A DNA stretch of 32,000 nt from Candidatus Nitrosopumilus koreensis AR1 (GTDB taxonomy: Archaea > Thermoproteota > Nitrososphaeria > Nitrososphaerales > Nitrosopumilaceae), in the NCBI RefSeq assembly GCF_000299365.1, contig NC_018655.1, positions 510,001 through 542,000 of the forward strand, written 5' to 3'. Below, one piece after another: positions 8,933 to 15,421 of this stretch. Position numbers and translations under genes: made by a program. A model generated the notes under the pieces. It worked only from the letters and a program-made list of their open reading frames with translations. It made no database searches and was not told the DNA's origin. Each line of letters begins with the position of its first letter. The first letter of the stretch is position 1.

Positions 8933-9658
8933 TCACATGTACATGCCAGATGTCTCTTCTCTATGTTCTACGTATTTTTGTGATAACTCACTAAATTCTG
9001 AATGTATTCTATCTTTTTCTTCTTGTAGGTCTTTTGTATCAATATTCATATCGTAAAATCTGTTTAATGCTTCAATTAATGTAGATGCTGCCGCCGAATC
9101 AGGCGCAATTTTATTTGCTTTTGCCAAAAGTGTTATCCCTTGAATTTCTCTTACTAGACATTCGTTTAGAATCCCACCTGGGATTCCTGTGATGAATCCT
9201 TGCGGAATCATACTGATATCTTTGTCTGCCATGGTTCTGACCAAATCTTCTTCTGCCGCACAATATGCTTTATTATCATGTTCGACTCCTGCAACTCCAT
9301 CTAAAATTACAATCTCTTTTGATCCTTTTTCTGCTGCCCAATCTAAAATCGACGATACCAACGAATACAGTCCTTCCATTCTTAATGTGATTTCACAAAT
9401 TATTGCACAAATTGTTCCTTTTTTGTTTGCATAGAATCTAAATGGATGACGTAATCTTCCTCTCATAAACACAGTTGATGGTGGAAGGTATTTTGATCTC
9501 ATTACTCCAATTTCTTCCATTTCTAATTTTTGAATAATATGATTGATTGCAACAGGGCCAACAAGACCTGCTCCAACAAACCCTGCAAATATCACAGGAC
9601 TTTTCAATTCAACCTTTTTTGTCTCAAAGACCTCGGCTTCAGGAAATTCTTTTGGCAC
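8933..9658 (-). CDS. PAC2-family (proteasome assembly chaperone-like) protein
   Basis: 241 aa. The N-terminal PVIFAGFVGAGLVGPVAINHII pattern and overall size match archaeal PAC2/DUF75 proteins. Assigned from memory of the family, not from a search. Confidence 0.6.
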   Translation of the reverse strand: MPKEFPEAEVFETKKVELKSPVIFAGFVGAGLVGPVAINHIIQKLEMEEIGVMRSKYLPPSTVFMRGRLRHPFRFYANKKGTICAIICEITLRMEGLYSLVSSILDWAAEKGSKEIVILDGVAGVEHDNKAYCAAEEDLVRTMADKDISMIPQGFITGIPGGILNECLVREIQGITLLAKANKIAPDSAAASTLIEALNRFYDMNIDTKDLQEEKDRIHSEFSELSQKYVEHREETSGMYM

Positions 9659-9896
9659 TGTTTACGTCGATTTGTTCTGTCTAATTACTTTTGTCAAATT
9701 ATGTTTGAACTTTCATGGCGTCTCAGACACAAAGTTTGGTAATGCCTGATTTAGATTTACCTTGAACATTTATCTTGAATACATAAAAATTGGTTCACAA
9801 TATATGATCCTCATTGATTATTGGTTTATTCCATTTTGGAATACCTAATACTCAATATTTTCCGTAGATTCTATATGAAAAAATTGCTTAATACCA

Positions 9897-10463
9897 TTGA
9901 TGGTATCTCCTCTATTGGTCTTGTTGATGATTGTTGCTTCTGCAATTATAGTTGTGAGTCATTCTACAGAATATGTTATTGCAAGTTCAATTGTTTGTAG
10001 TGGGGATAATACTATTCAATGGAATGAAAATTTACAAACAAAAGTTTGTGTTGTGGGTGATGATCCAACAACATTCACTTTAGATTGTTTCTCCATTTGT
10101 GAAAATGATGCTAGGAAAAATCCTTTCTGGAACAACTGGGTTCCTGCAGAACACTATGAGGTTAAACTAATGCCTGCAATTGATCAGAGGATGGAAAATG
10201 ACAAAATAACATTTCATGGATACACACGTACTCATTATCTATTTGATGATATTATGAAACATGAAGAAAATAGAGCGGATTTGATATATTCAAATTTTAA
10301 TAATCCTGACTTTTCCAAACAAGATAATTATGTATCTATGGAACCTAATTCATATGTATCCAGATCCCAAGATCCATTATTGCAGAAGGAATTAAAGATA
10401 CAAGACGACAAAGCAAAAATTTTACTGGAACATTTACTGTCTCTTAGAAATACAAGATATTGA
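9897..10463 (+). CDS. Membrane-anchored hypothetical protein with an extracytoplasmic Cys-containing domain
   Basis: 188 aa. N-terminal signal anchor VSPLLVLLMIVASAIIVV, with four Cys within residues 34-68. The likely real start is ATG at 9900. No recognisable family. Confidence 0.5.
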   Translation: MMVSPLLVLLMIVASAIIVVSHSTEYVIASSIVCSGDNTIQWNENLQTKVCVVGDDPTTFTLDCFSICENDARKNPFWNNWVPAEHYEVKLMPAIDQRMENDKITFHGYTRTHYLFDDIMKHEENRADLIYSNFNNPDFSKQDNYVSMEPNSYVSRSQDPLLQKELKIQDDKAKILLEHLLSLRNTRY

Positions 10464-10566
10464 ATTTTTCAAACTCTGTATTCCATAATTAACTGTAGGG
10501 TTTGAAATAATTATGAAAATCATACTAACAAAAACTACTTATGTTATGAACCTCCTACTTTCAATT

Positions 10567-10716
10567 ATGGGAACGCGAATTAGCTTAGTTATAGATGACA
10601 TTGTTTATGATAGACTACGGAAAATACAAGCAAGAATGATTCAAAATTCCAATGAATCTATATCCTTTTCTAGAGTTGTAAATGAATGTCTGGCCAAATC
10701 TGTTAAGACCAAATAA
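10567..10716 (+). CDS. Ribbon-helix-helix-like small DNA-binding protein (49 aa from the internal ATG; the ORF is open from 10513)
   Basis: MGTRISLVIDDIVYDRLRKIQARMIQNSNESISFSRVVNECLAKSV fits the RHH pattern of beta-strand, helix A, loop and helix B. The start at 10567 is chosen because RHH strands sit at the extreme N-terminus. Confidence 0.5.
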   Translation: MGTRISLVIDDIVYDRLRKIQARMIQNSNESISFSRVVNECLAKSVKTK

Positions 10717-10757
10717 TCATAATGTGTCTAATCAAAAATAATGCGGAATTCATCTGT

Positions 10758-11105
10758 CTAATTATTTTTCTGCATAAAGAGGCCTAGCATTGTATGTCCT
10801 TTGTCTGTAATTGTGTAGATCATATTTGATCCAACTGCTTCTTTTTTGATAAAGTTGTAGTCTACACACAGGTGAAGATAGTTCAGAAATGACTTCTTCA
10901 TTCTGATCTTTGATTTTGAATACAATTCTGAAAATGTCATTGGATTTCCTCTTAATTGATACAACAATTTCAATAAAGATAATGTACTGTAATCCTTGGT
11001 TCTTGCTTTTACTGCTCCAAGAATTTCTTCATCTCTTTTGATTATGAAATCTTCGAATTGTTCTGCCACTTCTAGTGGTACATATGTTAGTCTTGCTCGC
11101 ATCAT
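10758..11105 (-). CDS. Winged-helix transcription regulator-like protein
   Basis: 115 aa. The C-terminal 70 aa, LLKLLYQLRGNPMTFSELYSKSKIRMKKSFLNYLHLCVDYNFIKKEAVGSNMIYTITDKG, has a helix-turn-helix plus beta-hairpin wing pattern. Confidence 0.55.
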   Translation of the reverse strand: MMRARLTYVPLEVAEQFEDFIIKRDEEILGAVKARTKDYSTLSLLKLLYQLRGNPMTFSELYSKSKIRMKKSFLNYLHLCVDYNFIKKEAVGSNMIYTITDKGHTMLGLFMQKNN

Positions 11106-11123
11106 ACTGTACAGTACGGTACA
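11106..11123. promoter_or_regulatory. Perfect 10-nt palindrome ACTGTACAGT plus a (GTACN)x3 pentamer array abutting the wHTH start codon
   Basis: GTAC occurs at 11109, 11114 and 11119 (5-nt period). The palindrome at 11106..11115 touches ATG 11105..11103. Candidate operator; function is inferred only. Confidence 0.2.
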
Positions 11124-11285
11124 TTACCTTATTAGTCTTTAACTTGAGCTTTATTGATCTTTCTAGCTGATTTTTTTACACTTTTGCTTTGTGCCTACCC
11201 TCTTCCTAGATTATCACATTCCGATCAAATCTTATCTATGATTTTTGCCTAATCTCATAAATATCCCCTTTTTTGAAAATTATTT

Positions 11286-11867
11286 GTGAAAAAAATAGAG
11301 GCTGTAATAAAAAGGAAAAATTTCCCTACAATTAAAACTCATTTGAATACTGTTGGCACTTACATTATTGACAAACGAAATTTAGAAGACAGCAATATCT
11401 ATGATGAATCAAGAGGTTCACGTGTTGGTTCCACTGGCTTAAAATCTATTCCTCTGGCAAAAATTGAAACTGTTGTTCCAGATAAAGATGCAAGAAAAGT
11501 TGTTGAAATGATTTCAAAAAATTCTGGTTTGTCTGCAACTCATGGCGGAAAAATCTTTGTCTCTGAAATGGAAGAAGTGGTTGATATGGAAACTAATGAT
11601 GGTCAAAAAGATCTTGAGATTCCTTTTGAGGAAAATGTGGAAAGAAAATCATTGCCAAAACGAAGTAGATTTGTTCCTTTGCAAAAATTTACTTTACATA
11701 AACTCCAAGTAATATATGAAGAAAACAAAGATACGCTTCGAACTGATTATCGAATCAAATCATTTAGTGATTTTGTAAACCATTGCATCATGAAATATCT
11801 CCCAACATTGGAAAAACAATTGAAAAATCCTACAGTTATTTATGAAAATAATTTTGGGGATTTTTAA
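11286..11867 (+). CDS. PII-like (GlnB fold) domain fused to an RHH-like C-terminal domain
   Basis: 193 aa with a GTG start. Residues 1-106 align by eye to GlnB: MKKIEAVIK / MKKIDAIIK, IPLAKIETVVPDKD / LPKVKIEIVVPDD, HGGKIFVSEMEEVVDMETND / GDGKIFVFDVARVIRIRTGE. The C-terminus SRFVPLQKFTLHKLQVIYEE...KSFSDFVNHCIMKYL has an RHH-like strand-helix-helix pattern. Confidence 0.65.
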   Translation: MKKIEAVIKRKNFPTIKTHLNTVGTYIIDKRNLEDSNIYDESRGSRVGSTGLKSIPLAKIETVVPDKDARKVVEMISKNSGLSATHGGKIFVSEMEEVVDMETNDGQKDLEIPFEENVERKSLPKRSRFVPLQKFTLHKLQVIYEENKDTLRTDYRIKSFSDFVNHCIMKYLPTLEKQLKNPTVIYENNFGDF

Positions 11868-11868
11868 T

Positions 11869-11964
11869 TTAGAAAATGTAATCTGAAAATAACCATAAAC
11901 CTACTAGTGTTAGGCCCACTGCTGCCATTATCAATTTTGCAATCGTGATTTTAGATGTTTTCAT
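11869..11964 (-). CDS. Micro-ORF, 31 aa, single TM helix (unannotated)
   Basis: Hand translation gives MKTSKITIAKLIMAAVGLTLVGLWLFSDYIF. Its ATG overlaps the stop of the upstream micro-ORF (ATGA). Below the size cut-off of the ORF track. Confidence 0.3.
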   Translation of the reverse strand: MKTSKITIAKLIMAAVGLTLVGLWLFSDYIF

Positions 11965-12089
11965 ATGAATAGTAATAATATTGGTGGTATAACAATTATG
12001 CCTACGATTGCAGCTACTTTTGGATAGTCTTTGGGTTTTATGGGCTGCATCTTTTCTCTATGAAATAATTTACTTTTACGAATATTCAT
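11961..12089 (-). CDS. Micro-ORF, 42 aa, basic N-terminus plus C-terminal TM helix (unannotated)
   Basis: Hand translation gives MNIRKSKLFHREKMQPIKPKDYPKVAAIVGIIVIPPILLLFI. The ATG lies 6 nt after the glnK TGA stop on the same strand. Confidence 0.3.
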   Translation of the reverse strand: MNIRKSKLFHREKMQPIKPKDYPKVAAIVGIIVIPPILLLFI

Positions 12090-12095
12090 GTACAC

Positions 12096-12428
12096 TCACA
12101 TTATTGTTGATTCGCCTTCTTCGCCAGTTGCAATATCTACTGCACGTAATACCTGTGAAACGAAAATTTTACCGACTCTGCCATTTTCTTTAATGATGTT
12201 TATCACTTCATCTTCTTTAGATTCTGGTATAATAGCTTCAATCCAATATTTGTCATTGAACTGAGGGACAAAAATCTCGCTTCCTTTTGATGCGTGAATT
12301 TCTGGTCCTGGCTTTTTTCCTCTACCTCTAACTTTGCCTACTGTGAGTCCGCCTATGCCTATTTCTTTTAGTGCCTCACTAATTGCCATGACATCATTTT
12401 CGCCAAGAATGACTTCTATTTTGAGCAT
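12096..12428 (-). CDS. glnK: PII nitrogen regulatory protein (GlnB/GlnK family), divergent from amt
   Basis: 110 aa. MLKIEVIL..., GIGGLTVGKVRGRG (T-loop base), WIEAIIPES, GRVGKIFVSQVLRAVDIATGEEG. The symbol follows the convention for amt-linked PII genes; the GlnB versus GlnK subtype is not resolved. Confidence 0.8.
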   Translation of the reverse strand: MLKIEVILGENDVMAISEALKEIGIGGLTVGKVRGRGKKPGPEIHASKGSEIFVPQFNDKYWIEAIIPESKEDEVINIIKENGRVGKIFVSQVLRAVDIATGEEGESTIM

Positions 12429-12466
12429 TTGATAATTGTAATTTCTACTTGATAAATATAATTTCT
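12429..12466. promoter_or_regulatory. Direct repeat TTGATAA-N3-TAATTTCT x2 (20-nt period) directly upstream of glnK
   Basis: 12429..12446 is ttgataattgtaatttct and 12449..12466 is ttgataaatataatttct; 15 of 18 positions are identical. It starts immediately next to the glnK ATG (12428..12426). Candidate operator or promoter element. Confidence 0.25.
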
Positions 12467-12490
12467 GATTTTGTAGACCAAATGATTATC

Positions 12491-12505
12491 ATTTGACAAT
12501 CAAAT
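12491..12505. promoter_or_regulatory. Inverted repeat ATTTGA-CAA-TCAAAT about 40 nt upstream of the amt ATG
   Basis: Perfect 6-bp arms with a 3-nt spacer. An A/T-rich TATA-like tract, ttattaattaaaaa (12525..12538), follows before ATG 12545. Confidence 0.25.
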
Positions 12506-12544
12506 TAGGATATTGTTATTAATTAAAAACAATTTTTTTTCTCA

Positions 12545-13855
12545 ATGGTACTTGATTCTGGTGATACAGCATGGATGCTAGTAGCTGGAAGTCTTGTATT
12601 GCTTATGATCCCTGCATTGGGTCTTTTTGAATCTGGTTTACTAAGAAAGAAAAATGCGGCTTCAATTTTTATGCAGATATTTTTTGGTTTGGCACTTTTG
12701 AGTGTAATGTGGTTTGTATTTGGATTTAGTTTGTCTTTTGGTCCTTCTGATGAACTTGGTCTTATTGGTGATATGAATTGGGTTTTTCTCAAAGGCGTTC
12801 CATCTGATGCTCCTCTAGACTATGCACCAACAATTCCAGGCGTTCTGTTTGTAAAATTCCAATTGATGTTTGCTTGTATTACTCCATTGTTACTTACAGG
12901 AACAATTGCTGAAAGAATGAAGTTCAGCTCTTTTATCATATTTATTGCAGCATGGTCTACACTGATCTACTATCCTCTTGTACACTGGGTATGGGGTGGC
13001 GGTTGGTTAGCACAACTAGGAGTTGTAGACTTTGCAGGAGGCATTGTAATTCACACTAGTGTTGGTATGGCAGCTCTGGCTGCTGCGTTGGTACTTGGAA
13101 AGAGGAGGAATTATGGTCCTGCTATTATGATTCCTCATAGTATTCCACTTGCAGTTTTAGGTTCATCTTTGTTATGGCTTGGATGGTTTGGCTTTAATGC
13201 AGGCAGTGCACTTGCAGCATCTGGTGGTGTTGCAGGAAACACTGTTATCGTAACTCATATGGCTTCATCTGTTTCAGCCTTGATTTGGGGTGGGCTTTCA
13301 TGGGTAAGAACTGGAAAGCCTTCTGTTGTTGCTACAATTAATGGTGCAATTGCCGGACTTGCTGGAATTACACCTGCATCCGGATTTGTTAGTGCTGAAC
13401 ATGCATTTGTAATTGGTATTGCAATTGGTGTAATATCATACTCTGGCGTGGTGTTATTCAAAGAAAAACTACACATTGATGATGCACTTGATGTTAGTTC
13501 AGTTCACGGTGTTGCTGGTATTGTAGGTTCTCTTGCAATTGGTATCTTTGCAAGTACCATGATCAATCCTGGTGGAGTAGATGGATTGCTATTTGGTAAC
13601 CCTGATCAACTATGGATTCAAGCCGTAGGTGTTGGTGTTGCAGGTGCAATTGGATTTGGTGGAACATGGATACTGATGCAAATAATCAAACATTTGATTG
13701 GCATTAGAGTCACACCTGAAGTTGAAGACGTTGGTCTTGATATTAGTGAGCATGCAGAATCTGCATATTCAGATGAAGAAGAATTCATGTTAGATATGGA
13801 TACATACACAGATGAATTACAGAAAAAAGATGAAATCTTTAGAAAAAAGAAATAA
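12545..13855 (+). CDS. amt: Ammonium transporter (Amt/MEP/Rh family)
   Basis: 436 aa with about 11 TM segments. Signature regions DTAWMLVAGSLVLLMIPALGLFESG, VDFAGGIVIHTSVGMAALAAALVLGKR, GWFGFNAGSA and VHGVAGIVGSLAIGIFA. Acidic cytoplasmic tail. Confidence 0.93.
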   Translation: MVLDSGDTAWMLVAGSLVLLMIPALGLFESGLLRKKNAASIFMQIFFGLALLSVMWFVFGFSLSFGPSDELGLIGDMNWVFLKGVPSDAPLDYAPTIPGVLFVKFQLMFACITPLLLTGTIAERMKFSSFIIFIAAWSTLIYYPLVHWVWGGGWLAQLGVVDFAGGIVIHTSVGMAALAAALVLGKRRNYGPAIMIPHSIPLAVLGSSLLWLGWFGFNAGSALAASGGVAGNTVIVTHMASSVSALIWGGLSWVRTGKPSVVATINGAIAGLAGITPASGFVSAEHAFVIGIAIGVISYSGVVLFKEKLHIDDALDVSSVHGVAGIVGSLAIGIFASTMINPGGVDGLLFGNPDQLWIQAVGVGVAGAIGFGGTWILMQIIKHLIGIRVTPEVEDVGLDISEHAESAYSDEEEFMLDMDTYTDELQKKDEIFRKKK

Positions 13856-13865
13856 ATCTCTCACA

Positions 13866-13886
13866 TTTTTCACTTTAAATTTTTTT
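13866..13886 (+). terminator. Oligo-T tracts (T5 and T7) downstream of amt; candidate archaeal terminator
   Basis: ttttt at 13866..13870 and ttttttt at 13880..13886, within 35 nt of the amt stop. Archaeal RNA polymerase terminates at oligo-T (established knowledge). Confidence 0.3.
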
Positions 13887-13986
13887 AACTTAGAAATATC
13901 TATGTGGTTCCAAAAAAACAATTTGTAGTTTAAAATGAAAACGCTGAAATATTCCCACAAATTTTAGTCATACAGAGATAAACAAT

Positions 13987-14361
13987 TTGACTAACAAATA
14001 TGATGGATTATGTGATGAAATTCTTGCTTTAGATGATAAAGTTCGATTTGCCGGTATTGCAAACAGCAAAGGTGAATTAATTGCAGGTGGTCAAAAAGAT
14101 AATGTTGACAAGTTACTTGTAGGCGACGAAGTTAAAATGTCCATTCATTATGCATTACAAAAAAGAGATTTGTATACTAATTTGGCCTATAAAATAGGAG
14201 ATGAGCATTCATCAATTACTGAGTATGAGAAAGTAACAATGATTAGCATTCCTGTAAATTCTAGTGAGTTGTTTTTGATCAGTACCGAACCTCGAGCAGA
14301 TTATTTGAAAATTATAGATACTGCTCACGCTAAACTTGATTCTCTAAAAGAATCTCAATAA
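13987..14361 (+). CDS. Hypothetical protein, possibly Roadblock/LC7-like fold
   Basis: 124 aa. The only conventional in-frame start after the upstream stop (13945..13947) is TTG 13987. The pattern DDKVRFAGIANSKGELIAGG resembles the N-terminal strand-turn-strand of Roadblock/MglB-like proteins. Weak assignment. Confidence 0.4.
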   Translation: MTNKYDGLCDEILALDDKVRFAGIANSKGELIAGGQKDNVDKLLVGDEVKMSIHYALQKRDLYTNLAYKIGDEHSSITEYEKVTMISIPVNSSELFLISTEPRADYLKIIDTAHAKLDSLKESQ

Positions 14362-14474
14362 CTGTCTCTCTTGTTTTGTGCCTAGATGATAAAGTTAGAA
14401 TTAGCTTGAATTGTTTGAATTGTAAAAATATAGTAAATGATTTACTTTAAACACCTATCTTCTAAACATTTCTT

Positions 14475-15410
14475 GTGGATATAGTACTCAGCACAGCTCT
14501 TACTATTGTAGGGTTGGTGATGCTTTGCTTTGGTGGAAATTGGTTAGTTAGTGGCGGTGTCACCATTGCCAGAAAATTTCGTATCAGTAATCTTGTAATT
14601 GGAATGACTATTGTAGCATATGGTACATCTACTCCGGAACTTGCTGCAAGTGTAGCAGCTGCAGGTGAACATAGTGCAATTATTCTGGGAAATGTTGTTG
14701 GAAGTAATATTGCAAATGTTGGCATGGTGATTGGTATTGCCTCAATTATTGTTCCACTTGCAATTCAAAAATCTGTACTACGAAAAGAAATACCAATTAT
14801 GTTGGGTGTTTCTGTTTTACTTATTTTAATTTCAATTGACGGTGAATTGTCAATATATGATGGAGTATTGTTACTTGTTGGATTAGGTGTATTTGGATAT
14901 TATACTTTCAAAGATGCAATGAAACAACGAGAGGAAACTAAAGACCAAATCCCACAAGGTGGAAACAATATCTATCTAAAATCTATAGGTTTGATTGGAC
15001 TTGGTATTGGCCTTTTGTATGTTGGTGCTATTTTGACTGTAGATAATGCGGTAATACTTGCTAAAGAATTTGGTTTATCTGAAAAAATAATTGGCTTGAC
15101 TGTGATTGCAATTGGAACTTCTCTACCAGAATTAATTACTTCTATCATTGCAATTAGAAAAGGACATGGAGATATTGGTGTTGGTAATATCATAGGAAGC
15201 AACATCTACAATATCTTGATGATTATGGGTGTTGGTGCTGCCCTTGGCGGCGTAATAATTTCTGCGGATGTTTTTGTTGATTATGCAATCATGATCTTGT
15301 TTAGTATTGCATTGTTAATTGGCCTGAAAACAGGCATAATTAATAGAACCATGGGTGTGTGTCTGGCAGTAGGGTATGTACTTTATCTTGTCCTGACTTT
15401 TTTTAAATAA
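14475..15410 (+). CDS. Ca2+/cation antiporter (CaCA family, YrbG-like Na+/Ca2+ exchanger)
   Basis: 311 aa with a GTG start. Two alpha-repeat signatures, GTSTPELAASV and GTSLPELITSI, each followed by GNVVGSNI / GNIIGSNI. Confidence 0.88.
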   Translation: MDIVLSTALTIVGLVMLCFGGNWLVSGGVTIARKFRISNLVIGMTIVAYGTSTPELAASVAAAGEHSAIILGNVVGSNIANVGMVIGIASIIVPLAIQKSVLRKEIPIMLGVSVLLILISIDGELSIYDGVLLLVGLGVFGYYTFKDAMKQREETKDQIPQGGNNIYLKSIGLIGLGIGLLYVGAILTVDNAVILAKEFGLSEKIIGLTVIAIGTSLPELITSIIAIRKGHGDIGVGNIIGSNIYNILMIMGVGAALGGVIISADVFVDYAIMILFSIALLIGLKTGIINRTMGVCLAVGYVLYLVLTFFK

Positions 15411-15421
15411 TATTCCGTCAT

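Noticed and set aside
9875-10000. 41-aa Cys-rich ORF (MKKLLNTIDGISSIGLVDDCCFCNYSCESFYRICYCKFNCL, 7 Cys) with an ATG start, out of frame with the 188-aa ORF
   Set aside because: The TGT/TGC codons arise as the shifted reading of the I/V/A/S codons in the signal-anchor helix of the 188-aa ORF. This is most likely a frame artefact. A conserved ATG in relatives would reopen the question.
12523-12792. 89-aa minus-strand ORF overlapping the amt 5' end
   Set aside because: It lies opposite a strongly supported Amt coding frame and has no family features. Taken as an antisense artefact.
14040-14396. Exact 14-mer TAGATGATAAAGTT found inside gene 13987..14361 (14040..14053) and again just downstream (14383..14396), suggesting a duplicated gene fragment
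   Set aside because: In DNA this AT-rich, several chance 14-mer matches are expected in 32 kb by my rough estimate. Similarity decays immediately outside the 14-mer, and the downstream frame is only about 20 codons long.
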